A stretch of DNA of 64,000 bases. Origin: Octopus sinensis. Taxonomy: Eukaryota. The notes beneath the pieces were generated by a model that saw nothing but the letters and a program-made list of their open reading frames with translations, was not told the DNA's origin and did no database searches. The DNA lies in NCBI RefSeq assembly GCF_006345805.1, contig NC_043022.1:25358001-25422000 (forward strand), in the 5' to 3' direction. Positions within the stretch are counted from its first letter, which is position 1. Every line of letters begins with the position of its first letter. Position numbers and translations under genes: made by a program. This document shows positions 1 through 13,892 of the stretch, one piece after another.

Positions 1-600
1 GTTTGCGCCGTTGTTCGCTTCCGTATTGGATTACTCCCTCCTGTATAGTCTTGCGTGATCATTCTAACAACGGGGAGATCATTCAATGGTGATTTTATGT
101 TTTTTCTACCTATTAATTACGTTAACCTGAACAAAGTCTGTTTCGTTTGCATAAATCAGCTTCTAGCTGCTACTTTGTCGCTTCCATATATAGATATAAG
201 GTTTCATTTTTATATTGCCTTGTTAAAATAAGTCTGTCTAAATGTACTTGCTTGTAAAATACCTTTATAGTCACTTAATATTTCTTTCATTGCATCAATT
301 CCTCCCCCTCTTTCTCTTTTTATTTAGCTATCCATACTGCATTATATGTATATATATGTGTATATATATAATTTTAAAATAGGATAAAATCTTTATAAGA
401 ATTTATCAAGTAGTTAGTGTGAAAAACCTCATAAGGGAAAAAATTATTAATTATTCCCTTTAAATATATTTATTTATATTAAGAGCATTACTATACGTAA
501 ATGTAAAGTCAAAACTACCATAATAAACACATTTTGTACAGAACGCGAGGGAATGGAACTCTCGAAGATTCAGCTGCAAATCATATGATTTCGTAATTAG

Positions 601-990
601 TGGAAGAAGGTTTATCTTCCTATAACCTGTGTTAATTCTGTAACCCTTTAAAATGGAAGATAAGAAAGTTCATTTTCGGCACTTGATGCTTTGGGAACCA
701 GACAAAAATTGCTGCAGCTTGGCTGGATGCGTTACCCCACCCACCATATTCACCAGATATTGCTCCTTCGGATTTCCACTTATTCAGGTCTCTATTAATG
801 GTAAAGATTTCAATTCCTTGGATGACGTAAAAAGATACCTTGATGAATTCTTTGCCATGAAATCACCTCAATTCTGGGAAGAGGGTATTTCAAGTTGAAT
901 GATGGAGACGCATTGTGTAACAAAATGGTTCATATTTGGTTGATTAAAAATCTAATGGCAAGTATTTATTGACCTTTTTCTTTTCTTTAT
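601..990 (+). mobile_element. Truncated, internally deleted mariner element
   Basis: N-terminal MEDKKVHFRHLMLWE is fused to a frameshifted C-terminal region (HPPYSPDIAPSDFHLFRS...LDEFFAMK). Near-identical to 26350-26750. No TIR visible. Confidence 0.85.
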
Positions 991-1082
991 TATTACTAAT
1001 ACTACTACTATTATTATTATTACTACTTCTACTACTACTACTATTATTATTATTATTTTTACTATTATTATTATTATTACTA

Positions 1083-1113
<31 letters not shown>

Positions 1114-1265
1114 TACTACTATTATTATTACTATTATTGTTATTATTACTATTATTGTTATTATTACTATTATTATTATTATTACTATCATTATTATTAT
1201 TACTATATTATTATTATTATTATTATTATCATTATTATTATTATTATTATCATCATCATTATTAT
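990..1265. repeat. (ATT/ACT)n microsatellite
   Basis: Direct reading; explains the poly-I/L/N ORFs. Confidence 0.95.
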
Positions 1266-2073
1266 TGGTTTTGTTGTAGCTTTTGATATTCAATAAATGT
1301 CTATGACAGGAGAACCCATATGGACAGGGAGTTAGTTAAAGGGATTGAGGAAAATGGGAAAGGTAAGCGGCGTGGAAAAGAAGATTTATTTCTACAACAA
1401 CCAAACGCGCGCGCGCGCACGCATGCACAACTGCAGAGTTCACTTTTTTTCTGTCCCCGCCAAATACCATTCATCTGCAACACAATACGCACGTACACAG
1501 CAGCACGACGAACAGACAGACGAACATTATTACCACAAGCATCACCATCTCTCACTTGCCATGCATTGCCACCCATATAAAAACCTTCCCTTCATGTTTG
1601 TCACTCTGAAGCTACTAAACAACACTGCCCCCACACACAAACACTTCAAACCCCGTTGCCCCCAAATCGCTACCATTATCATCATCATCATGATCATCAT
1701 CATCATCACGAAAATGGTGTCAAATATCAACTTATAACGAGGACAATTATTACCTGAACAATCCAACCAACACTACCATTAAAATTACTACTACGACTAC
1801 CCCTCCTCCACCTCCACTATCGCCTTTATAAAAACAAAACAACCATTCGCATCGCCACCATCTCCACCATTCTCAAAATCACCGTTAATATCTTCACCAA
1901 CACCAAATCCATCATCATTAAAAACAATCTCTACTACCAACACCATCTCCACCGCAACCACTACCGCTGCCATCATCATCATCAAAAGAACCTTTTGCAC
2001 AACCACCAATACTTCCTGCACCACTGCCACAACAATCGTTATAACCACCATCAAAACCCGTCATCATCATCAT

Positions 2074-2270
2074 GCCATCAATCAACATCAATATCTTCTA
2101 GTGTTTTTTCAACCATTTTTTTTATCTATGGACCCCTTTGAATCCTGTTTTATTCTACTGGAACTCCAGAGATATTTAATGTTAAAAATCTCATTTTTAT
2201 CATTAAATATTATTAGGAATTGTATTAAAAGATTGTTAAAATATTTTGTGCATTGTAGAAATATAACCAA
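2074..2270 (+). repeat. Dispersed duplicated segment (copy 1), possibly the left end of a hAT-like MITE
   Basis: Aligns to 9348-9530. Contains tagtgttttttcaacc, loosely inverted at gttgaaaaccact (~3156-3168). Confidence 0.7.
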
Positions 2271-2675
2271 CTAACAGTATCGCCCGGCGTTGCTCGGGTT
2301 TGTTTCAACCCTTTAGAATTGGAATTTTTGATAAGTAAAAATTTTGCATTATGTAGCTTCTTATTCTCTTTAAGTGAACATTTTTCTGGTTGAAATACAC
2401 TGAAAAATTGGCGACACAGCAGTCAAAAAATCGTAAAAAGTAGGGATTTTCATAGCAAAAAAGCACCTTTTTGATGGAAATAATTTTTGGTGCTAACACG
2501 GTCCGATTTGAATTTTATCTTCTAAAGAATGAAGAGCAAGCTTTCTTCTATCATACTCTCAATTTTGGTCAACTTGCGCCGCGGGGTCTCGGAGGAGTTA
2601 GTTGAAGTATTTGAGGAGTAGTTGAAGGCTACTAAACCTGCCATATACAGACAACTTCAGCTTTATATATAGAGA
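2271..2675 (-). mobile_element. Non-autonomous Helitron
   Basis: Minus strand starts TCTCTATATATAAAGCTGAAG and ends CCCGAGCAACGCCGGGCGATACTGTTAG. Same termini as 12063-12569 and 12841-13143; sits between A and T. Confidence 0.8.
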
Positions 2676-3483
2676 TATTTATTGCGCATAGACTTTAACA
2701 ACAGAATCTTATATGCTCCCCCCCCCCCCCATGGTTGATAACTCTCGTCCTATATGGTCAATCAACCTACTAGAAACAGCTGCAAAATCTGCTTCGAATT
2801 ATACTTTATCGTTTTTGCATTAAAACAAAGGAAGATCGCACTTTAGATAATGTAGTTTTAGATGTCGCTCAGACTGAATGGTCAGAGCTAAAATGCCTTT
2901 GGTCAGAAGTCTGCTAGATCAGAATAGCCAACAATAGGGCGCCACCAATACCAACGCCATATCAATTACAATAATTACAATAACAAGCCAGTATCGTTAC
3001 CAAGAGTGAGTTTCAAATCGTTTTGGATTAGTGTCATCTTTTATAACAAGTAAACCAACGCCTTATAAGTATATTGTAGAAGTCTATCCAATTTATTGCA
3101 GAAAAATTTTAACAACAAAATCTTATGTGGACCTCCAAGGGCCTTATGGACCCCAGTTGAAAACCACTCGACTAAAACTTTCGAGGCGGTGCCCCAGCAT
3201 GGCCACAGTCAAATGACTGAATTAAGTACAAGATAAAAGATAAAGAACTATAATAAATGAAACAAGTTAACCATTAGTTCTCTGTATAGTTTCAAAAATA
3301 ATAACCTGAAAACATTTTTTTAAAGAACTTTCCATGCATGAAGCTCTAATATTGGTTTATTGATCTCCAGTCCACCGGGGATCTTAGGGAAATAATTGGT
3401 ACGGTGGTGTTTGAATTTCCAGTGCAGTGCATTGGACGGATTCCACACACACTACGTCGACTAAATGTCACTAACAAGATGTA

Positions 3484-3637
3484 GACGAGGCTGTGTGGTT
3501 AAGAAGCCTGCTCTCCATATGGTCATCAGTTCAATCCCATTGAACAGCACCTTGGTCAAATGTCTTCTATAGTTCCGGGCCTACCAGTGCCTTGGGAATA
3601 AATTTGGGAGATGGAAATTGTGTGGGATCCCGTTGTG

Positions 3638-3714
<77 letters not shown>

Positions 3715-4190
3715 TGTATGTATGTATTTATATATACTTGTGTATATCTGTTTCTTTACTGCACACAAGGAGCTAAACACAGGGGGTACAAACAAGGACA
3801 GACAAACGGATTAAGTCGATTACATCGACCCCAGTGCGTAACTGGTACTTAATTTATCGACCCCGAAAGGATGAAAGGCAAAGTCGACCTCGGCGGAATT
3901 TGAACTCAGAGCGTAACGGCAGACGAAATACGGCTTCGCATTTCGCCCGGCGTGCTAACGGTTCTGCCAAGCTCGCCGCCTTCTGTGTATACGTGTGTAT
4001 ATCATGTGCGTTTCTGTGTTTGTCCTCCCCCACACTGCTTAACAACCGGTGCTGGTTTGTTTACATCCTTGTGAATTAGTAGTTCGGTAAAAGACACTGA
4101 CAGAATAAGTACCAGACTTAAAATGAATACTGAAGCCTTTAAGGCAGTGCGCCCAGCATGGATGGCCGCTGTCCAATGACTGAAACAAAT
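3484..4190 (+). mobile_element. tRNA-derived SINE family A, interrupted by a family B SINE
   Basis: Head gctgtgtggttaagaagc...gttcaatccc and core gcaccttggtcaaatgtcttct; internal TA/TG microsatellite; tail cccagcatgg...aatgactgaaac. Confidence 0.75.
3751..3983 (-). mobile_element. tRNA-derived CORE-like SINE family B
   Basis: Reverse complement of ggcggcgagctggcagaa...gagttcaaattcc...gcctttcatcctttcggggtcgataaa...gtaaagaaa. Confidence 0.9.
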
Positions 4191-4239
4191 AAAGGGGGGG
4201 GGGGTGGGAAATAAACCTCTTGGCTCGACTTTAACAGTC

Positions 4240-4482
4240 TCTGACAATCCGTCGTTTGCGACGAGGGTTCCAGTTGATCCCATCAACGGAACAGCCGGCT
4301 CGTAAAATTAAGGTTCAAGTGGCTGAGGACTCCACAGACACACGTAAACTTAACGTAGTTCTCAGGGAGATTCAGTGTGAAATAAAGTGTCTTGCTCAAG
4401 GACACTACCCGCTGCCATGAATTGAACTCACGACCTTGCAATCGTGAGCCGAACGCCCTAACCACTAAGCCATGCGCCTTCA
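4240..4482 (-). mobile_element. tRNA-derived SINE family C
   Basis: A/B-box head (ggcgcatggcttagtggttag...gagttcaattc) and body homologous to 45745-46070. Confidence 0.8.
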
Positions 4483-4729
4483 CTGGTTCGATTTCAGACT
4501 GTAGTTAAAAGGCTGCTTAATCATCTGGTGACCATCCTGTCTCAGCATTATATGTACAAGTGCCAGACCGAATTTCCGGTACCAATAGTTCCATAACCTC
4601 ACCGGATTAACCGTTTTGCCAAACCTGAGGATGGTCACCATCCGTCTATACTCACACAAAAACAAAAAGGCCTAAAAACTTTAAAATATATAAAATAAAT
4701 TTGCAGCAGCAGCAGTATTAGTAGTGGCG

Positions 4730-5790
<1,061 letters not shown>

Positions 5791-6844
5791 TTTTCGTTAA
5801 AATATAGATGCGGCGCGGTAACGGAGGAACTAACGATTCCTTGAGGTATTGTGTCGCCATCTTGATTTATGATATTCTTCCCGTTTTTAATTATTTAAAT
5901 GTATCTTGCTTGGTGTGTTGGAGAGGACTGGTGGGCTAATGGGAGGTTCTCGAGGACGGTTCGATTGTGCTGCGCCGATACGAGGTTCGCATCGAACCGA
6001 GTCCGCTTCGCTCGGCGGTCCAAATTCGCTTCACTTACGATGCAAATGTCAGTTTTTTGTTTATCGCTGGCGGCGGTGGTGGTGGTAGTGGGGGTTGCTC
6101 GAACTGTAATGGATGTATTATTAAAGACTTGATGAACATCACAACATCACATTTATACATCCCATTCACGCCGCTAGCAAGTAACATATAGGAAAATGGG
6201 TTTATAAAAGAAATTCATATTTCATCGTTGTTTTAAAACCCGTCAGTCCTGACACAGTGGTTTATCATCAATACCATTTATCTGGCGATTATTTTACAGA
6301 CAGAATACCAAGAATTATATTTTCCAGTATGCTCGTTTCTAAAAATGGTTGACTGCAATTTGAGGTATATTTTGGTTACTATTTCTAGCATTCCCTTGGA
6401 ATGCATAGTGCAGTTGATCTAAGGATGTTGCAGGTTTTAATGTCAATAGAGTAGATTTCATCTATTGACCAGTTAAATATCACAAATGCTGGTACTACAA
6501 AAATATTTTGGAATATTGCCATGCTGCAAGTGGAAAACTTTGACTGCCATAGTCTGGTACAATACTCTTTGGTTGCTTTGTCTATGTTCATAACACCTTT
6601 GTATAATATATTTTCATCAATACCTAGTTGTAAGGCACAAGGTTGCTCTTATTTCGAGAAGCAATCGGCAACTCTATGTAGAAATCAACAATCAACACCT
6701 TTTCGTAAATTTCCTGAAAAAGGGCTCCTAACTTTGAAATATTGAAATATTAAGTAACAGTACTAATCGCCGACATGTATTGTTAATTTCTTTAATACTT
6801 ATATTTTTTGGCTTTTAAGAATATATATATATATATATATATAT

Positions 6845-7105
6845 TCGTTTCTTGTATTTATATTCGTCTCTGTTGCGTTTACATTCTTTCCTTCTACCAA
6901 GAAATCTAATGCCCACAGCTTAGTTTTTTCCTTGGGGCTGGCCGAGTTGGAGCAAATATCAGAATTAATCAGCCGAAATTTGCCATGATGATTCGGTTTC
7001 TGACTGAAGATTGAAGGCTTCGAATGACTTGTCTGTTTTCCGTGTTCGTCCCTTCGTGTATTTCACGTTCTTTATATATAAATTTTTATTCCTATATATA
7101 TATAT
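6845..7105 (+). mobile_element. Diverged homolog of the terminal repeat of the 31251-32230 element
   Basis: Shares tctaatgc..gcttag..tt.ccttgg..gctggcc...ggagcaa...attaatcagccgaaatt...gactga.ga.tga.ggcttcgaatg with the minus strand of 31251-31480; flanked by (TA)n. Confidence 0.65.
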
Positions 7106-7139
7106 ATATATCAAACAGAAAACTACACTCGGCCTATAT

Positions 7140-7900
7140 TTTGATCTGGAAGTCAGTTTAAAGAAAACAAAAGTCCTCGATCAACCCACACCACAACAAG
7201 GCTACCACCCCCTTCACATCACCATCGGAGAGACTGAATTAGAGATAGTCAACCAGTCCACCTACCTAGGGTGCACCTTATCGTTAGATGTCAAAATCGA
7301 TAAGCAAGATGATAACGGACAGGTCGAGGCAGGCAGTGAATTCGGCAGGAAATGAGTCTAAAACAATAACCATCTGAAGAAAGGGACCAAGGTTAGTGTA
7401 AATAGAGTTGGCGGTTTGATCACCTTCATGTGCAGCGCAGAGTGTTCGGTCATCTGTCGACACCCCCTACGATTGCTTGAGCGATTCCATCACCGTTGTC
7501 TTCGCATCGTCTTCACCAATCACTGGAGAGACTTTGTACCTAACGTCGAGGTCTTAGGGTAGAAGGTCATCAATATAGAAAGACTTCGCTGATGACATAG
7601 CTATACAGGGCAGGACACGTCAACACGATGGAAAATCGTCGATTCTCAAGATCATTCTGTACTGGCAAACTCTTCCCTGATCAGCGCGATAAAGGAGTAC
7701 CTGAAGAGTTACAAGAACTTCTTCAAGAAATCTCTTGGTTCCTGCATGATTGACCACCGCCAGTGGCCTATTCTTGCTACTGACCGTGAAGCCCGTTGTC
7801 TCATTGTCTACCGGGCAACAGTGTCCTTTCAAGACACTCGCAGGCCAAATCTTGCAGACGAGAGAAAAAGGAGGTAAAACAGGGACGCTACAACAAAACC
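7140..7900 (+). pseudogene. Degenerate RTE/BovB-like LINE, RT C-terminal region
   Basis: Frameshifted peptides KTKVLDQP...IGETELEIVNQSTYLGCTLS, RLLERFHHRCLRIVF..HWRDFVPNVEVL and KKSLGSCMIDHRQWPILATDRE match RTE ORF motifs. Confidence 0.85.
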
Positions 7901-8085
7901 TGATCAACTTACTTTCCCATGCAGCTTCTGCAGTCCTGTCTGTCTGTCTGTCTGTCCCGAAACTGACAAGTTGGGCATCAGCAAGCCAGCAACAAACGTG
8001 GTCATACTTCTCCATAAATTTTCGCACGCGAAATTAAACCAAGACATCATTATATATATATATATATTCCTTTTTTTTTTTTTTA

Positions 8086-8470
8086 CTTATTCCAGTCATT
8101 TTGGCTGCGGCCATGCTGGAGCACCGCCTTGAAGGGTTTTTAGTTGATGAAATCGACTCCAGGACTTATTCTTTCTAAGCCTAGAACTTATTCTATAAGT
8201 TACTGCTAAGTTACAGGGGCGTAAACACACCAACATCGGTTGTCAAGGGACGGCGGGTGTAAACACTGACACGCACACACACATAAATATGCATGTGTGT
8301 GTGTGTATACCACGGGGTTCTTTTCAGTTTCCGTCTACCAAATCCACACACAAGGCTTTAGTTGACCTGAGGCTATAGTAAAAGACACTTGCCGGAGGTG
8401 CCATGCAGTAGGACTGAACCCGGAACTATGTGGTCGGGAGGCAAGCTTCTAAGCATACAGCCACGCCTAT
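8086..8470 (-). mobile_element. SINE family A
   Basis: Full-length reverse-complement match to 19320-19702. Confidence 0.85.
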
Positions 8471-8811
8471 ATATACATATATATATGTCAACAGCTGAAC
8501 ATTATATCCATCTTTATACCCAACTTATCAACGATGACTAGTTAGGTTACCAAATACTGCATCATTAGCCTTGAAAGATCCCCTCATTTAGGTCCTAGGT
8601 GCATAATAGCACGCGCATAAATCGTAGCGGATGAAATTCATCTGCCACTGGCATCAGACTACCCTTATCACGTGACTTCAGTTTATGAGATCTTACCAGT
8701 GGGGATTACCGCATGCCCGTCAAACCTCGCTGCAGCGAACTATGTGTGCTTTAAAGCGCCGACCGCCTGCATGAGAGGATCTCTAAAGGCTAGTAGGTGT
8801 TCTAATGATTG

Positions 8812-9251
8812 GGATCTTTTCGGTTTGAACGGCAGTTTTTTCTAGCGGTGTCATATGAAATTGTCACACATAATTATGACCCTAGAATCGATCTATTGCA
8901 TTTCAATCTCTTTTAGGGTTAGGGTTGATTAGGGTTAGGGTTAGGATTAGGGGTGGGGGAAGGCTATCTTTTTTTTCTTCACAAATGTAAATAAACCCAA
9001 TCTGTTTCTTAAACGAGGGACATAGTCATACGGCACAGAATGCTTTTTAACTCAATAGACGTCACTGATTGGTTGAAATTGCAGAAATTGAAGAAAAAAA
9101 AACAACAAATATCTTACAAACTATAGAATTTTCTCAATAAAGCCAAGAGAAAAATATGTTTTATAAACACATTCTACCAGTATACGAAGTTTAAAATTTT
9201 TTAGTTGCCTAGAAATTATGTTAAAAACTGCCGTTCAAACCGAAAAGATCC
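8812..9251. mobile_element. MITE with ~28-bp TIRs (GGATCTTTTCGGTTTGAACGGCAGTTTT) and 8-bp TSD; Merlin-like
   Basis: Perfect TIRs; flanks aatgattg/aattattg (7/8 match); internal degenerate (TTAGGG)n at ~8912-8950; second copy at 18783-19195. Confidence 0.85.
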
Positions 9252-9347
9252 AATTATTGTTCTAACAAGGAATCCGTGTTAAGTTGGATATAAAGATTAC
9301 GTTTTGATATTATACTGCCTCTGTTATCAACATTTTGATATTATACT

Positions 9348-9530
9348 GCCATCATCGTCATCAACATCAATATCTTCTAGTGTTTCTCAACCAATGTTTT
9401 TATCTATGGATCCCTTTGATTCCTTTTTATTCTACTGGAACTCCAGAGATATTTAATGTTTAAAAATCACATTTAGGAATTATATTAAAAAATTGTTAAA
9501 ATATTTTGTGCATTGATGAAATATAACCAA
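9348..9530 (+). repeat. Dispersed duplicated segment (copy 2)
   Basis: Aligns to 2074-2270; homology ends at the same atataaccaa. Confidence 0.7.
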
Positions 9531-9534
9531 TTTA

Positions 9535-9758
9535 TAGGCGCAGGAGTGGCTGCATGGTAAGAAGCTTTCTTCCCAAACACATGGCTCGGGGTTCAGTCCC
9601 ACTGCATAGCACCTTGGGCAAGTGTCTTCTACTATAGCCTCGAGCTGGTCACATCTTTGTGAGTGGATTTGGTAGACGGAAACTGAAAGAAGCCCGTTGT
9701 ATATATATTTATATATGTGCGTGTGTGTGTGTGTGGTGTGTGTGTGGTGTGTGTGCGT

Positions 9759-9838
<80 letters not shown>

Positions 9839-10023
9839 GTGTTTGTGTGTGTGTGTTTGTGTGTTTGTCTCCCCACCACTACTTGGCAACTGGTGCTGGT
9901 GTGTCAACGGCCCTTTAACTTAGCGGCTCGGCATAAGAGACCGACAGAATAAGTACCAGGCTTTAAAAGAATAAGTAATGGCGTCGATACATTACCCTAA
10001 AAATTCTTCAAGGTGGAGCCCCA
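9535..10023 (+). mobile_element. SINE family A
   Basis: Head aggcgcaggagtggc...gttcagtcccactg, internal (GT)n, family tail. Confidence 0.85.
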
Positions 10024-10158
10024 GGTGGAAGTGTGTATTTGTGGGCGTTGTGTGACAAAATCCTTTTTATAGAATCGCACGCCACCTTTTTAACAAATCA
10101 TTTGAATAATCAACAATGTGATCAGAGTCACGATTCAAGGAGTGCCGTTTTCTAGTAA

Positions 10159-10191
<33 letters not shown>

Positions 10192-10790
10192 GGAGAGGAG
10201 AGAAAGGGGGAGAGTTAGAAGGTAGGGAGATACGCTCATTAATGTTACTCTACGCTTTGCGGTTCCGACCCACGAACGCTTATGGAAATTGGAGCAAAAT
10301 CAGTCATATACAGCGTTAGAAATATTCAATGAACCGAGGTTCTCAGGTAAATAATTTTGCATAAAGACGTCGTGTGACAATGAGGTTATATAATACGAAA
10401 AGTTAATCCAGTTTATCTTAATGGAGAGAAAACTGCAAAAAAAAAAATTCCATGAACAATGTTTGATGAGTATATAGTTGTGTGTCCCTGCATTTATATT
10501 CAGTTTATAATATATACATTTAGGAAAGTACAAGGCGGGGTAATGGGGAAAAAAATGTTATCTGAGATTCAACATTTGGTTTCTGCAAACATTCTTCTAT
10601 TTCGTCTCACACCTTTATGCATGTCGATATATAGATATATATATATATATACAGATTAGTCATGCTTTAGGGTATAGAATGCATGCATGCACATGTGTAA
10701 ACATTCGCACATCGTATGCAAACACATGTATAAGTTCATGTAGATATACTTGCATATGCACGCTTATAAAGTCACATATCTGTTTGTATA

Positions 10791-10835
<45 letters not shown>

Positions 10836-11039
10836 TACACACACATCCGTATGAGATATCCCACTCTCATGTGTATAAATTTGCACGTAATGAACTCAGA
10901 TGCTCATAAACATTGGCATGCATTTATGAGGCATTTTCACATACACATCGTGTAATAGCCTCGAATGTTCTTATAAATATGTGTTCCCAGCGCAAATGTA
11001 CATGCATACGCGCTTATAATACCTGTGGCATACATGCAT

Positions 11040-11084
<45 letters not shown>

Positions 11085-11638
11085 ATTATATATATATCTG
11101 TAATCCATATTTATATATATACAGAACCATACATGACTACACTAACGCGAACACATGTACGTCTTCGTGCTCACGCTTATAAATACACATATATTCACGC
11201 GTTTACACGTGCGCACGCATGCACTATACTCATGCATGTCAAAGATTTACAAGCATGCTCGATCGTTCTTATGAATAGCCATTGAAATGTAAGCTGAGGA
11301 TAAAAAGCAGGATGAGTCAGGTAAGTTACATTTGAAAAAAAGACAAAACCGAAACGAAATGAATGAAGAAGGCGAATTACATTAAACCTATAAATTAAGT
11401 TCGATGATTGATGAATAAATCAGGGAGATAAAAACAAGATAAATCAAATCGTGATAAATGGCGATAAATGGTGAATGATGAAAGGTGATAAAAGGTGATG
11501 ATAAAGGTGGTAAAATAAATTTAATAAATTGGTGCTAAAAGGAATTTGTTTTGGCACAAAAATCAGTACAAAGCAAAGGAAGGGGGCATTATGTGATTGA
11601 ATATGGGGATTAGCATTCGAGTGTATTCTGCGTGACTC

Positions 11639-11673
<35 letters not shown>

Positions 11674-12062
11674 ATATGACAGTCTACATAAACTTGTAAA
11701 AAGGATGCATATTTATATAAACGTATACACGAATGTTCATATAATATACGATTATGTATTGATGTGCACGTGTGCAAGCAGGAGTGTAAACAGATGCACG
11801 CCCGTGGGTTCACATACCAACATGCATACATGTGCGATAGAGCAATAGAAAATTTAACGCAAAGTACTTGTTGCAAGAAAACATTCGCTTTGAACAACAA
11901 ATTGAGGATTCATCCATTCCAAAACTGAAAAAAAGGTTCCCTAGTATTCTGCCTTTATTTTCATATTTTCTTCCCCGTCTATAATATCAATTGACTTTAT
12001 TATATAACTACACACATATCTAGAGACATTGCTCATGTAACCTGTCCACGATATTCTCCATA

Positions 12063-12569
12063 TCTATATATATAAAACTCTAGTTGTGTGAGTGTCTGTC
12101 CCCTTCGATTTAGATTCCTAACTCCTCCCACATTTTGCGGTGCAGTTTAACCAAATTCGGGTATCTTATAGTCGTGATTCATATCGAGCCCGTCTGACTA
12201 TTAGCGCGCGTCAACGATGAGTCTACGATTTTAAAAATAATTTAACATCATTTTTTTATTCCATTTTAATGCATAAAATGCATCGTGTGTCGATGGCGGC
12301 GGAGTTGGCGTCCACGTTCACAGCTGCACCTGTTTGCTTCTCCCCCTTCCCACCCTCGTGAAGCTGTGGGGAAGGGAGTGTAAAGAAATCAACGTCGTAA
12401 TGCGTTGTGAAGGAGACCAGCGTTCTTTTAGAACAACGACTTCATGGCTTGAAGACACCAAAACAGAAATGGCTAAGAAAGCCCGAATTTATAAGGGAAG
12501 TAACTCTCTAAAAATGCTTATATAGTTATTTCCCTTACAAACCCGAGCAACGCCGGGCGATACTGCTAG
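12063..12569 (+). mobile_element. Non-autonomous Helitron (~507 bp)
   Basis: A|TC start, CTAG|T end, subterminal CCCG-8nt-CGGG hairpin, no TSD. Confidence 0.9.
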
Positions 12570-12840
12570 TTTAATATAAATTTGATTGTCTTTATTGTAA
12601 TTTTCATATCGATTTAACATCGAGTGATTTTTTCCCCCTGATTAATATAATATCGATGAGCGTTCCAATATAATCTCAACGTCACACGACTTCCTTTCGG
12701 AAAATTATTTACTCTATAATCTCTGTTATTAGCACATTTCCCACACTTTATGTTTCTGGGTCATCTTATCGCAAAGCAAGAATGACTTACACATCCTCGG
12801 GGCCTTCACAATTAATATATTCAAACAAGCATATAATATA

Positions 12841-13143
12841 CTAGCAGTATCGCCCGGCGTTGCTCGGGTTTGTAAGGGAAATAACTATATAAGCATTTTT
12901 AGAGAGTTACTTCCCTTATATAATAGCAAAAAATTGCATTAAAAATGGGAAAAAATGATGGTAAATTTTTTTTTAAATCGTAGACTCATCGTAGACGCGC
13001 GCTAATACCCAGACGGGCTCGATATGAATCACGACTATAAGATACCCGCTTTTGGTTAAACTGCACCGCAAAATGTGGGAGTAGTTAGGAATCTAAATCG
13101 TAGGAGACAGACACTCACACAACTTCACTTTTATATATAAAGA
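12841..13143 (-). mobile_element. Non-autonomous Helitron (~303 bp, internal-deletion form)
   Basis: Reverse complement of 12063-12569 lacking ~200 bp of interior; TC/CTAG termini intact. Confidence 0.9.
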
Positions 13144-13684
13144 TTATACAGGAACACACACACACGGTCCCCAGCCACCGCTTCACACCCGGCGCTGGTG
13201 TGTTTATACCCCCGTAACTTAGCGGTTCGACAAAAGAACCGACAGAAGTACCAGACCTTAAAAAATACAAGTACTGAGCTTGATACATTCGGTTAAAAAT
13301 TCTTTAAGGCGTGCCCCTTATGACCACAATCAAATAACAGAAACATGTAAAAGAGAGAAGATAAAAGTTATAAAATCCCTTGGATGCAATTTTCAGCACA
13401 CAAAATGGCCTTGCTGACACTTCATCGGTCCCTGTTTAAATTGCATGATAAAGGAAAGCCTTAAAAGGCACTGATTATTGAAATGGAGCCTCAAAGATAG
13501 TTTGTGGTACCCTGGAGAGTGACATGAACTTGAAAAGCTATTTTTCCTGCTATAATGATTAAAGTATCCAGGAGCATAAATATTGTCAACAATTTGAATG
13601 TAGGGTGGGGGAGGAAGGTTATATGATGATACATGTTGCATGAAGCTTTTGTTCGAAGTAAAAGGGACATAGTGAATAAAATAG

Positions 13685-13855
13685 ATGTATAGAGAGACAG
13701 ACAGACAGACAGACAGACAGGAAGGCAGGAGGATAGGTAGATAGAGAGAGAGAGAGAGAGACAAACAGAATGACAGAGGGATAAACAGAGAGAGAGAGAG
13801 AGAGAGAGATGGATAGAGAGACAGGACAGACAGACAGACAGGAAGGCAGGAGGAT

Positions 13856-13892
<37 letters not shown>

